The translations under genes were made by a program, and so were the position numbers. Shown here piece after piece: positions 1-9,503 of a stretch of 64,000 nt of DNA; the stretch's first letter is position 1, and each line of letters starts with the position of its first letter. The notes beneath the pieces were generated by a model. That model worked only from the letters and a program-made list of their open reading frames with translations, made no database searches and was not told where the DNA came from. This DNA is from Phycisphaeraceae bacterium (GTDB lineage: Bacteria; Planctomycetota; Phycisphaerae; Phycisphaerales; Phycisphaeraceae): assembly GCA_963674705.1 (NCBI GenBank), contig OY771506.1, forward strand, positions 3,200,001 through 3,264,000, written 5' to 3'.

Positions 1-57
1 CTCTTGAGAGTAGCAATAGATTGGTCATAGCGGAGTGATGCGCTAGTATTAGGCCTT

Positions 58-2448
58 ATGCCTGGCACTTATAACCACGTTATGCATCCTCACGCGGATG
101 AACTGATTAATCCTGACGGCTCCTGGAAGTACACGAACAGCCTGACGGATCAGACCAGCCCGTATCTGTTGCAGCATGCGCATAATCCCGTGGATTGGCA
201 TGCATGGGGGCCGAGGGCTTTTGAGTTGGCAAGAGAGCGTGACGTGCCGATCTTTCTGAGCATCGGTTACTCGACCTGTTACTGGTGCCACGTCATGGAA
301 CGGCAGGTCTTTGAGAACCCGCAGATCGCACAGCAGATGAATCAACAGTTTGTCTGTATCAAAGTCGATCGCGAGGAGCGGCCGGATGTTGATGATATCT
401 ACATGACGGCAACTCAGATCATGACGCGCTCGGGCGGCTGGCCGATGAGTGTGTTCCTGACGCCACCCGGTGTTCATGGCAAAGATGATCCGGGGCTCAA
501 ACCTTTCTGGGCGGGGACGTATCTCCCACCGATGCCGCAACTCGGTCGGCCCAGTTTCCCGCAGGTATTGCAGGCATTATCCGATGCATGGAAAGATCAA
601 CGGCCTGACGTGATCCAGCAGGCGGAGCAACTGGTTGCCGCGGTCACACAGGCGCTATCGCAGAAGAGCGAGCCGGCAACGGTCAATCCCGAATCGATCC
701 GCGAAAGCACCGATCAACTGCTGCGCATGTACGATCATGAGCACGGCGGATTCGGCTCGGCGCCGAAGTTCCCACAGCCGACTTATCTCGACTTCCTGTT
801 GCGTGTGTATCATAACAACCGCAGCGATTCACTCTGGCAACTCATCGGCCACACGCTTCAGCAGATGGCCTACGGCGGGATGTACGATCAGATCGGCGGC
901 GGATTCCACCGTTACTCCACCGATGAACGCTGGCTTGTCCCGCACTTTGAGAAGATGCTCTACGACAACGGGCAACTTATCGAGATGTATGCACGTGCAC
1001 TGTCGTTGAAGCCTGACGATGCGAGCGCAGCGTTGTATGAGCGGGTCATCCGTGAGACATGTGATTACGTACGGCGGGAGATGACCGACGCCACCGGCGC
1101 GTTCTGGTCGGCTCAGGATGCGGAGGTGAACGCACGCGAGGGCGGCAGCTACATCTGGACCGAACAGCAGGTGCGCGAAGCGATCGGTGATCCTGAACTG
1201 GCGGAGCTTGCACTGCATATGTACGGCCTGACACTTGGTGCCAACTTCCAGGACCCGCACGATCCATCCGCCGAGCAGGCGAATGTGCTTTATTTGCCGA
1301 AACCGCTCGCCGCTTTGGCTACCGAGACCGGGATTGATGTTGAGTCGCTTTTAACCAAACGCATCGAGATCAACCGAGCGTTGAAAGCGGCGCGTGATAA
1401 GCGGGAGCAGCCCGGCACGGATGACAAAGTGCTGGTCAGTTGGAACGGCATGATGATCGCGGCGTTTGCCGAGGCGGGGCGGGTGCTGGGTGAGTCTGCG
1501 TATGTCGATGCGGCAGTCAAGGCTGCCAAAGCAATTCTCAAATACATGGTTGATGACAGCGGCGGGCTTTGCCGCACCATGCGGGGCAGAGAGGCCAGGA
1601 TATCGGCCTACCTTGAAGATTACGCATGGTTCGTCCACGGCCTGATCGCTCTGTACCGCGCTCAACCGGGCGAATCGAAGTGGATCAAGCTGGCAGCACA
1701 ATTTACGGATATCGCGGCCGACCGCTTCGCTGCCGAGCACGGCGGGTACTACGACACATTGGCGGACCAGAAAGACTTGTTCGTACGCGTACGTGGCACA
1801 TACGACGGTGCGGTCCCCAGCGCGAACGGGCGGATGATCCACAATCTCGTCTCGCTCTACGAACTCACCGACGAATCAGCCTGGCTCGATCGGGCGCACC
1901 GTGACCTTGCAAGTTTTGCCGACGCTTTGAGTAATAACGGTGCAGCGATGGTGCAGATGCAAGGCGCAATGCTGCGTGCTATCGAGATCGATCCCGCTCG
2001 CTTTACCGATGCGTCGACGGGGCCGCAACGACCGGCAACGGACAAGCCGGTTACCGCATCAGTTAGCCCTGCGATCCGCATCAATGATGGGACAGGCGAA
2101 TTTACCGTGACGCTTCAGATACAGCATGGATATCACATCAACTCGCATGAACCGAGTGACCCGAGCCTGATACCGACGTCAATTGAGTTAAAGTGGGCGG
2201 CGGGTTATACGCTTAGCGTGACATTTCCGCAGCCGCAGATGCAACGATTCGGTTATGCCGACCAACCGCTTTCGGTGTTCACCGGCGATATCACGATCAA
2301 CGCCAGGCTGGAACCGTTGCCGGATAGCGATGCGCGATTGCCTGCCGATGCTGAACTGCTGTTGCGTTTCCAGGCATGTACCGATCAAGCGTGTATGGCA
2401 CCGGTCACGGAAAGGCTGCCTCTGGTTATCAAAGATGAGGCAAGCTAA
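58..2448 (+). CDS. Thioredoxin-domain protein (DUF255/YyaL/SSP411 family) with C-terminal DsbD-N-like domain
   Basis: [47 protein letters not shown] motifs; C-terminal GYHINS...FQACTDQAC segment resembles the DsbD N-terminal domain. Confidence 0.9.
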   Translation: MPGTYNHVMHPHADELINPDGSWKYTNSLTDQTSPYLLQHAHNPVDWHAWGPRAFELARERDVPIFLSIGYSTCYWCHVMERQVFENPQIAQQMNQQFVCIKVDREERPDVDDIYMTATQIMTRSGGWPMSVFLTPPGVHGKDDPGLKPFWAGTYLPPMPQLGRPSFPQVLQALSDAWKDQRPDVIQQAEQLVAAVTQALSQKSEPATVNPESIRESTDQLLRMYDHEHGGFGSAPKFPQPTYLDFLLRVYHNNRSDSLWQLIGHTLQQMAYGGMYDQIGGGFHRYSTDERWLVPHFEKMLYDNGQLIEMYARALSLKPDDASAALYERVIRETCDYVRREMTDATGAFWSAQDAEVNAREGGSYIWTEQQVREAIGDPELAELALHMYGLTLGANFQDPHDPSAEQANVLYLPKPLAALATETGIDVESLLTKRIEINRALKAARDKREQPGTDDKVLVSWNGMMIAAFAEAGRVLGESAYVDAAVKAAKAILKYMVDDSGGLCRTMRGREARISAYLEDYAWFVHGLIALYRAQPGESKWIKLAAQFTDIAADRFAAEHGGYYDTLADQKDLFVRVRGTYDGAVPSANGRMIHNLVSLYELTDESAWLDRAHRDLASFADALSNNGAAMVQMQGAMLRAIEIDPARFTDASTGPQRPATDKPVTASVSPAIRINDGTGEFTVTLQIQHGYHINSHEPSDPSLIPTSIELKWAAGYTLSVTFPQPQMQRFGYADQPLSVFTGDITINARLEPLPDSDARLPADAELLLRFQACTDQACMAPVTERLPLVIKDEAS

Positions 2449-2469
2449 GCAAGCCGCTATGATCGTGAC

Positions 2470-3270
2470 ATGATTGATACCCACTGCCATCTGACGTATG
2501 ACGGACTGCACGAGCGGGTCGATAAGGTAATCAGCGACGCGGTAGCGGCCGGCGTCGACCGGATGATCACCGTTGGCACGTCACCCGCCGACGCCCGTAA
2601 AGCCATCGCACTGACTAAGCGCTACAACAACATCTACGCCACCGCCGGCCTGCACCCGCACTACGCCGCCGACTGGCCCAGCCCGACCATGCTCAAAGAT
2701 GCCTTGCGTGATTTGATAAACGAGCCGAAGGTTGTCGCCCTGGGCGAGATGGGACTGGATCGTCACTATCCTGATCCGCCCATGGATACCCAACGAGCCG
2801 CGTTCGCCGCCCAACTTGAATTGGTGCATGATCTCTCAAGCCTCTCTCCTCAAGCCTCAAACCTCCCCATCATCATCCACAACCGCGAAGCAACGGACGA
2901 CACGCTTGCTATGATCGCCGACAGCGGGATTGCAGGTCAGCGTTTTGTTTTCCATTGCTTCACCGGCACGCCTGATGAAGTCGAGAAGATCCTCGCCATC
3001 GGCGCGATGGTCAGCTTCACCGGCATCGTCACCTTCAAGAACGCCAAAGCGATCGCGGAAGCCAGCGACCTGGTGCCGTTGGATAAATTGATGATCGAGA
3101 CGGATTCGCCGTACCTCGCGCCCGAACCGTACAGGAAAGTAAGACCCAACGAGCCGAAGTACGTGGTGCACGTCGCGGAGTTTCTGGCCAAGCGACGAGA
3201 CATGATTTTCAACGACTTCACCACCGCAATGGATGCGAACGCGGAGCGGTTTTTTGGGTTGAATCGCTGA
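2470..3270 (+). CDS. tatD: TatD family hydrolase/DNase
   Basis: DTHCH, GLHPH, GEMGLD, IIHNR, FHCF, ETDSPYLAP motifs. Confidence 0.93.
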   Translation: MIDTHCHLTYDGLHERVDKVISDAVAAGVDRMITVGTSPADARKAIALTKRYNNIYATAGLHPHYAADWPSPTMLKDALRDLINEPKVVALGEMGLDRHYPDPPMDTQRAAFAAQLELVHDLSSLSPQASNLPIIIHNREATDDTLAMIADSGIAGQRFVFHCFTGTPDEVEKILAIGAMVSFTGIVTFKNAKAIAEASDLVPLDKLMIETDSPYLAPEPYRKVRPNEPKYVVHVAEFLAKRRDMIFNDFTTAMDANAERFFGLNR

Positions 3271-3310
3271 TCGTAAAACAGGCGGTTCTCGCGGGCGCTA
3301 CGATAAATGC

Positions 3311-3374
3311 TCTTTATTAGCTGCATTGCGACGCACTGCAGGCCCGCGAAGCGTCGCTTCGCAGCTAGTAAAGA
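3311..3374. repeat. Imperfect palindrome (REP-like); its left part recurs at 5000-5037
   Basis: TCTTTATTAGCTGC...GCAGCTAGTAAAGA outer stem, GCGACGC/GCGTCGC inner stem; 3307-3344 matches 5000-5037 at 33/38 by manual alignment. Confidence 0.8.
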
Positions 3375-3386
3375 AGTGTAAAGGTT

Positions 3387-3428
3387 GATGCCAACGCGGA
3401 GCGGTTTTGTGGGCTTAGTTTTTCTTAA
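3387..3428 (+). repeat. Diverged second copy of the tatD 3' end (gene fragment)
   Basis: 3387-3413 matches 3232-3258 at 25/27; reads DANAERFCGLSFS* versus DANAERFFGLNR*. Confidence 0.85.
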
Positions 3429-4548
3429 GTCCAGCGGTCACATTGTCAATGATGTTCACCATGTTATCCGGCAGAGGTATGTTGATGGTGCTTTCATCAC
3501 CGGCACTTACTTTAAATGTAACTTGCTGGTTTCCATCTGTGGGGTATTTGCCAACAATCCTGGAATAAGGGCTTTGCGTATCAGTACCGGTATCTTGATG
3601 CCTGACGCGCGCCTCAATCATTCTGTATTCACCAACCGGTAGAAGCAGGATGTTCCCGGTTGGGACATCGATACTGCTATATATATCTGTTATTGGATCT
3701 CTTAACTCAGCTGAAGTAATCGCGCCATCTACTACTGCTATGGTCCATTCCGACTGATACCACTCCGTTTCGGACTTTTCGGGCTGCATGGGTTCAAAGC
3801 GATACATGATCCGCATTGTTTGGTCGGGCGGGATATCGGGCCATATCAAGTCAAATATGGTTGGAACCGTCTCCGGTTTGACGGGATTGTGAATAGTGAG
3901 AACTTTGGATTCACCCGGTTCAAGGAAAATATCGTTAGCGAAGTAGTTCCACCCGTAATTGCCATCGGTAAAGATGTCATAGGCTGTGCCGGTTCGGATG
4001 GGATCGATGTTTAGTTGGCCGTTTTCATCGGTGCGCAGATCGCGCTTGATCCTGGCGTCAGTGCTGTACATATTGCCTGCTACGGTGACCGGCCAGTCCG
4101 CCATCGGCTCGCCGTCAGCGTCCAGCAACTCGATGGTCAGCGAGCCCCACTCCAAGTCGACCGGGCTAATCCGTGGTACTAGATTGGCCTGCGCAGCCTG
4201 CACATCACGAAGGTCCTTGATAATTGCGAACAGCATGAACAATGTAAATGTGCAGAACAGGATCAGTACAACGAATGCAGAAATTCCTAGACTCCAGAGT
4301 AAGCGTTTTTTCATGATTCGCTCCTTCATCGCGTCCCACCAGAGCTGGCGGGCGATGGTTTTCAGGTCCCCGAATCGGTCGAGAGCAGCGCGTTGTGCTT
4401 CGTCTTCATCCTTACCGCTCAGCATTTTCTGCCTCGCAGCACATTCCAAGTGATCGTTCAGTTCATCGATGATGTCTTGGCGCAAACTGGGCGGTTCGTC
4501 GTCACGCTGCGGCGGCAGGCTGTCGGCAATCCCGGCGTCGTCACTCAT
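3415..4548 (-). CDS. Membrane protein with 'permease prefix domain 1', one TM helix and an extracytoplasmic carboxypeptidase-regulatory-like domain
   Basis: IIDELNDHLE...EAQRAALDRFGD motif, hydrophobic helix, LLDADGEP...TDENG beta-sandwich motif; start overlaps the PadR stop. Confidence 0.75.
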   Translation of the reverse strand: MSDDAGIADSLPPQRDDEPPSLRQDIIDELNDHLECAARQKMLSGKDEDEAQRAALDRFGDLKTIARQLWWDAMKERIMKKRLLWSLGISAFVVLILFCTFTLFMLFAIIKDLRDVQAAQANLVPRISPVDLEWGSLTIELLDADGEPMADWPVTVAGNMYSTDARIKRDLRTDENGQLNIDPIRTGTAYDIFTDGNYGWNYFANDIFLEPGESKVLTIHNPVKPETVPTIFDLIWPDIPPDQTMRIMYRFEPMQPEKSETEWYQSEWTIAVVDGAITSAELRDPITDIYSSIDVPTGNILLLPVGEYRMIEARVRHQDTGTDTQSPYSRIVGKYPTDGNQQVTFKVSAGDESTINIPLPDNMVNIIDNVTAGLKKN

Positions 4549-4871
4549 GACTCTACCCCCAGCACGCTATTCACGCTCTTGGAGAATCGCGACCACTCCT
4601 CACGCTTCTGCTCCAGCGTGCGTTCGCCGGCCGGTGTGAGTTTGTAGTACTTGCGACGTCGACCCTCGTCCGATTCGCTCCACGTAGCCTTGAGCAGCTT
4701 CTGCCGCTCCATGCGGTGCAGCGCGGGATACAGGCTGCCTTCCTTGAGCTCGAAGTACCCGTCTGATCGGGTCAATACCGCCTGGGCGATCAGGTAGCCA
4801 TACGTAGGCCCTTCCGACACGACGTCGAGGATCAGCATTTCCACCGTCCCCCAAAGTAACCTTGAATCCAT
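4545..4871 (-). CDS. PadR family transcriptional regulator
   Basis: GYLIAQ...EGSLYPALHRME...RRRKYYKLTPAG. Confidence 0.93.
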   Translation of the reverse strand: MDSRLLWGTVEMLILDVVSEGPTYGYLIAQAVLTRSDGYFELKEGSLYPALHRMERQKLLKATWSESDEGRRRKYYKLTPAGERTLEQKREEWSRFSKSVNSVLGVES

Positions 4872-4882
4872 GGGCTTGCTCC

Positions 4883-4933
4883 ATACCTTGTGCGTCTAGG
4901 TATAAGGATAGAGCGTCTAGGTATGTGTGTCAA
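4883..4933 (-). promoter_or_regulatory. sigma70-type promoter with overlapping putative PadR operator
   Basis: Minus strand TTGACA-17 nt-TATCCT; ATACCTAGACGC twice and palindrome ATACCT..AGGTAT just upstream of the start. Confidence 0.7.
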
Positions 4934-5136
4934 GGGGAAGTAGCTGGTTGGTTGCATATTGTGTGATTGCATGCGGATTTGATTCGGGGCATTTTGCGGA
5001 TGTTCTTTGCTAGCTGCAGTGCAACGCACTGCAGGCCTGTGGCACGGCGGATCGCGGGTCTGCGAGGTGCGATCAGGGGGAACGGCGATCTTCGATCGCC
5101 CGCTAAACGGTGCGTCAAGATTATGAGGCGCAATTA

Positions 5137-5168
5137 AAAAACCCCACCGCGATTGGGTGGGGCCTTTT
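5137..5168 (-). terminator. Intrinsic terminator downstream of the PilZ gene, possibly bidirectional
   Basis: AAAAA CCCCACC gcgattg GGTGGGG ccTTTT. Confidence 0.7.
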
Positions 5169-5193
5169 CCAAGTGTCTTGATTATTGTTCCGC

Positions 5194-5574
5194 TTACGCT
5201 GCCCGCATCCCGCTGTGGTTGAGGTAGATGTTCAGGCGTTGGCGGTCGATGTCGTGGTTGAAGCGGGTGAAGGTCATGCCCATCCGGCAGGGGCCCATTT
5301 CTTCTTCGTCGTGCATACGGACGATCCGGCCGGTGGCGTGGAAGGTTACCTGGTGGCTGCCGGGCAGCATGCCGCGGACCTCGACCTCCGTGCCTGCGGG
5401 CAGGGGGGCGTCCAGTTCGAATCGCATACCGCTTTGGCTGATGTCGTAGATGTGTCCTGTCCACCGGTAGCGTTGATCGCCGGTCTGTCTGACCCGTAAG
5501 AGCGTGTACATTGCCGGAAGTTTGAGTCGCGGATTGGAGCGGGCTTCGGCGTTGGATTCGACGTGCTCGGGCAT
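5194..5574 (-). CDS. PilZ domain protein (c-di-GMP receptor)
   Basis: RSNPR (RxxxR) and DISQSG (DxSxxG); start re-called to ATG 5574 behind AGGAG. Confidence 0.82.
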   Translation of the reverse strand: MPEHVESNAEARSNPRLKLPAMYTLLRVRQTGDQRYRWTGHIYDISQSGMRFELDAPLPAGTEVEVRGMLPGSHQVTFHATGRIVRMHDEEEMGPCRMGMTFTRFNHDIDRQRLNIYLNHSGMRAA

Positions 5575-5616
5575 TACTGCCTCCTGGGTCTTAAGATGTC
5601 CGGTTGTAGGGATGAC

Positions 5617-5643
5617 ATCGGCCGGTCGGAGGGGGTGGTTTAG
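5617..5643 (-). promoter_or_regulatory. sigma28-like promoter of the PilZ gene
   Basis: CTAAAC-N15-GCCGAT on the minus strand; identical boxes and spacing at 35210-35236. Confidence 0.55.
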
Positions 5644-5718
5644 GTCGGATAGGTCGAGAAAGCGTTCCTTTTTGCATTGTTTGCAGCGCATTGTCCGCAC
5701 TGGCCGATAACACAGTTC

Positions 5719-7284
5719 ATGCCACCGGTTAGACCTGCTGCGCCCGTTTCGATTGACCTTTCTCACCAGAGCCCGGCTGCGTCGCATGAGCGTGCGCCGT
5801 TGGAAGGGCCGGTCCTGTTGATCGGAACCCGACGCAGTGTCGCGCAGATCGAACAGGCGCTTCAGGGGCTCTCGCTTCGACCGAATCTGATCGGTTGTGT
5901 CCTGCTTGATCCGGATGCAAATGCACGGCCTACCCAGAGTCCGGTATTGGGTGGCTTTGACCAATTGGCCACGATATGCCAGACGCGCAAGGTGGGATTG
6001 GCCTTGGTTAGCCTGCCACAGTCCATGCCCAAGCGAACGGCGGTCATCGTGGATGTGCTGGAGCAGATGGGGATCGCGTGGCGTTTCATGCCGACGCTGG
6101 CGGATCAGTTGGCGGGCTTGACGCCGCCTGCCGGGGTTGCCGTTCAGGCGGAGCCGGTGGCGAGCGGTGACCACGCCTGCCACATCGACCTGGCCCGGCT
6201 GATCGATCGCCAGCCGCATCCATTGGATGAGGGGCCGATCCGCAATTACCTGCACAACAAGATTGTCCTGATCACCGGCGCGGGCGGGTCGATCGGCTCG
6301 GAACTGGCGCAGATCGTCTGCCGATTCCATCCTGAGAAGCTGATTATGGTCGAGCGGTCCGAGAATGCGCTCTTCCAGATAGACCGCGAGATCGCACGAC
6401 GTTATCCCGACCAGCCGCGCCATGCAGAATTACATGATGTGACCAACGCGCCGCGTACGCTGGACCTGGTCGACAGGCATCAGCCGGATGTGATCTTCCA
6501 CGCCGCGGCGCACAAGCACGTGCCGATGATGGAGGATCATCCGTCCGCTGCCTTGGAGAACAACTTCTACGGCACGCGTTCGATCGCCGACGCGGCACAC
6601 ACCTGCGGCGTCAGCCGATTCGTGATGATCTCGACGGATAAGGCGGTCAATCCCTCGTCTGTGATGGGGGCAAGCAAACGGCTGGCAGAACTGTACATCC
6701 AACATCAGAACCGCTTGAGCCCGACGATCTACTCGATGGTGCGATTCGGGAACGTGCTTGGTTCGGCGTGCAGCGTGCTGCCGATCTGGAGCAGGCAGAT
6801 CGCGCAGGGTGGGCCTGTCACGGTGACGCATCCGGATATGACGCGGTACTTCATGACGATCCCCGAAGCGGCGTCGCTGGTCCTGCAGGCCGGGGCGTAT
6901 GCACGCGGCGGCGAGGTGTTCCTGCTGGATATGGGTGAGCCTGTCAACATCCTGCAACTGGCCAAGCGCTATATCCGCCAGCATGGCCTTGAGCCGAACG
7001 AAGATATCCAGGTCGCCATCACAGGCGTTCGCCCGGGCGAGAAACTCTTTGAGGTGCTTGCTTACGATGGCGAGGATATGACGCCGACGCCACATCAGTC
7101 CATCCGCATCTGGGAATCGCAGCCCATCGACAGCGCCAGGTTGCAGCAGATCGTGCTCATGTTCGACCGCATGCGCGACGGCGGGGATGGCGATCAACAC
7201 GCATGGCGGGGTGTGGGTCGAGATTCGATCATGAACGCATTGCGCAACGCATTGCCGGAGATGATCGAATCGGCGGCGGGGTGA
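5719..7284 (+). CDS. Polysaccharide biosynthesis nucleotide-sugar dehydratase (CapD/PglF-like)
   Basis: TGAGGSIGSEL, HAAAHKHVP, STDKAVNP, MGASKR, RFGNVLGS, GVRPGEKL. Confidence 0.92.
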   Translation: MPPVRPAAPVSIDLSHQSPAASHERAPLEGPVLLIGTRRSVAQIEQALQGLSLRPNLIGCVLLDPDANARPTQSPVLGGFDQLATICQTRKVGLALVSLPQSMPKRTAVIVDVLEQMGIAWRFMPTLADQLAGLTPPAGVAVQAEPVASGDHACHIDLARLIDRQPHPLDEGPIRNYLHNKIVLITGAGGSIGSELAQIVCRFHPEKLIMVERSENALFQIDREIARRYPDQPRHAELHDVTNAPRTLDLVDRHQPDVIFHAAAHKHVPMMEDHPSAALENNFYGTRSIADAAHTCGVSRFVMISTDKAVNPSSVMGASKRLAELYIQHQNRLSPTIYSMVRFGNVLGSACSVLPIWSRQIAQGGPVTVTHPDMTRYFMTIPEAASLVLQAGAYARGGEVFLLDMGEPVNILQLAKRYIRQHGLEPNEDIQVAITGVRPGEKLFEVLAYDGEDMTPTPHQSIRIWESQPIDSARLQQIVLMFDRMRDGGDGDQHAWRGVGRDSIMNALRNALPEMIESAAG

Positions 7285-7290
7285 GGGGGT

Positions 7291-7320
7291 GTTCGATGTT
7301 CGATGTTGGATGTTCAATGT
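7291..7320. repeat. Heptamer tandem repeat (GTTCGAT-like x4)
   Basis: GTTCGAT GTTCGAT GTTGGAT GTTCAAT. Confidence 0.8.
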
Positions 7321-7727
7321 GGGGTGTTTCTGTGCGCCGATGTTGTGGGCTGATTGATTTTCGGTGGGCGGTTTTGGGGTTGAGTTGAGTTGTTGTGCGG
7401 ATCGGGCGGGTGGCCGTGTCCGCCCCCCGGGGGGTGTATTTGTGCATAAATGCTTGTAAAGTGTTTGATTGCAATGGAATGTGCCCGTGTCCGGGAAAAG
7501 GGTGTAGGACGTCCGCCCCTTGTTTTTATGCGCCAGGGCCGGCTGTGCGGACAGAGACGGACAGCGGGCGGACAGGCTTGCAGTGGTGGCGGTCATGATC
7601 TGGTCGGGGGCGGTCAGGTTTTGGGCGTGGGTGGACATGGTGTCTGTAAAGGTCTTCCGTATGTAGTGCAGGGATGGGGCGAGCTCCTATATATGTGTGG
7701 AGCGACAGGCATGTGCGCGCATCACAA

Positions 7728-7810
7728 GTGTGCGTCGTGATTCGATCATGAACGCATTGATCAATGTACTGGTGGAGATGATCGATTCTGCGGCTGAATC
7801 AATCATGTGA
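7728..7810 (+). repeat. Diverged second copy of the capD-like 3' end (gene fragment)
   Basis: 7728-7794 matches 7211-7277 at about 56/67 with a 21-nt exact core; reads RDSIMNALINVLVEMIDSAAESIM* versus RDSIMNALRNALPEMIESAAG*. Confidence 0.88.
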
Positions 7811-7861
7811 TACTTGTTCAACGTGGCAAATGCATCATATCTCGTTAGTATTGCTGCTTAA

Positions 7862-8224
7862 ATGGTATCCCGCCCTAAAGCATTTCTGATATGCGCGACC
7901 ACAGTTCTGACAAGCATTGTTGTTGCTGTCATTACGCCTTTTCTATTCGCGTTTGGTTGCTTGTTTGTACGAACGGCGCTTGGTTCTAGGGAAACGGATT
8001 CTCTTGCAGATGCTTTCTTTTTCTTGGTGGGGATACTTGCAGGTATATGTATTTTCGGCGCTGGTATTGGCCTGAGTTATCGTATCTGGTTACGGTTGCG
8101 GAGTGCTGCCGTTGGATGTTGCACTGTCTGTGGGTATGACCTTCGCGGCAATCCGGCTGCTCCGATCTGCCCGGAGTGTGGTGCGAAGCACAATCCCGGC
8201 GAAGCCGGAGCAGCGGATGAATAG
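7862..8224 (+). CDS. Two-TM membrane protein with C-terminal zinc ribbon
   Basis: Two hydrophobic helices then CTVCGYDLRGNPAAPICPECG. Confidence 0.8.
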   Translation: MVSRPKAFLICATTVLTSIVVAVITPFLFAFGCLFVRTALGSRETDSLADAFFFLVGILAGICIFGAGIGLSYRIWLRLRSAAVGCCTVCGYDLRGNPAAPICPECGAKHNPGEAGAADE

Positions 8225-8236
8225 GCATCTGTATGC

Positions 8237-8620
8237 ATGTCGAATAGATTCTGGGACATCTTGTAGATCTCATTATCCATACCACTTGGGTGTGCTGGTA
8301 TTCTCATTACATTCATCATTACCTTCGGGGTATGCGGTGTGTTGTTTGATGCAATCGGGCTGGGAAGTCTGGGCGGGATTTTTGCATTTCTACTTGCGAT
8401 CGTTGTCTGCTCCGGGATGGGGTTTGTGGAATATCATGTTCTGTTCAAGCAGTGGGTCCAGGATTCGAGACCTGAACCGGGGCATGGATACTGCATCCGT
8501 TGCGGCTACGACCTGCGGGGCTGCCGAGATGCGCATGCGTGTCCGGAGTGTGGGAAGTGGCAATACATTCCTCGCGAGCCTGAGGTAGGGCAGGGGCGGA
8601 AGAAGAATAAGACGGTTTAA
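8237..8620 (+). pseudogene. Zinc-ribbon membrane protein interrupted by an in-frame TAG, or a shorter CDS from GTG 8339
   Basis: ATG 8237 reads MSNRFWDIL*ISLSIPLGCAGILITFIITFGVCGVLFDAIG... in frame to CIRCGYDLRGCRDAHACPECG; TAG at 8264-8266. Confidence 0.6.
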
Positions 8621-8765
8621 TCTCGTGAAGTCTGCTGCCGATGATTTGTGATAAGTTTGTTATAGGATTTGTCGCGCACGGCAGAGGTTGTATGCTGGCG
8701 TGACGATCGGCCGCATAAGCAGCTTGTGTCGCGTGCGGCGGGCGGATCACAGAAAGGAAATAATC

Positions 8766-9386
8766 ATCGACAGCGTCTTTCCCAAGCCGTTTTACCGTTG
8801 GCGTCCACACCCCTGGCACGGGCTCGAGCCCGGGTTGGAGCCGCCGTTACGGATGCAGGTGTATATCGAGATTACGCCGTTCAGCTCCGTGAAGTATGAG
8901 ATCTGCAAGACGACGGGCTATCTGCGAGTGGATCGGCCGCAGCGCAGCAGTGCCCAGCCGCCTGCGCTGTATGGGTTCATGCCACGGACCTATTGCGGCG
9001 ATCGGGTGGGGGCGCTATCTCCCAAGGCCAAGTGCGGTGACCACGACCCGTTGGATGCCTGCGTGATCAGCGAGCGGCCGATCAATCGCGGTGATGTATT
9101 GCTGAACACCCGCGTGATTGGTGGCTTGCAGTGCATCGACGGCGACGAAGCGGACGACAAGATCATCGCTGTACTCGAGAGCGACAACATGTACGGGGAT
9201 GTGCACGAGCTGGAAGACCTGCCCGAAATCCTGGTCGAGCGTTTACGCCATTACTTCAGCACGTACAAGATGGAACCCGGCGGGAAGTCCGCGATGTCCG
9301 TCGAAGAAATCTACGGCAGGGACAAAGCGGCGAAGGTTATTGAGGCATCGATGCGGGATTACGCGGAGTTCTTCGGCGGGCATTGA
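8766..9386 (+). CDS. ppa: Inorganic pyrophosphatase (family I); start codon uncertain
   Basis: HPWHG, VKYE, YGFMPRT, DHDPLD, DDKII motifs; AAAGGA sits before ATC 8766, alternative TTG at 8688. Confidence 0.88.
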   Translation: MDSVFPKPFYRWRPHPWHGLEPGLEPPLRMQVYIEITPFSSVKYEICKTTGYLRVDRPQRSSAQPPALYGFMPRTYCGDRVGALSPKAKCGDHDPLDACVISERPINRGDVLLNTRVIGGLQCIDGDEADDKIIAVLESDNMYGDVHELEDLPEILVERLRHYFSTYKMEPGGKSAMSVEEIYGRDKAAKVIEASMRDYAEFFGGH

Positions 9387-9503
9387 ACTTCAGTATAAAT
9401 GGTCAGCAACATAATTCATTGGCTACGATGTCGGTATCTTACGGCATTGCAGTTATTCATTTACACTATCTTCGTTTGATCATGCGCCGTAAGGGAGTTT
9501 ATC

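Noticed and set aside
5575..7638. Long minus-strand ORFs (409-aa extension of PilZ; 6430-7638)
   Set aside because: Antisense shadows of the capD-like gene in GC-rich DNA
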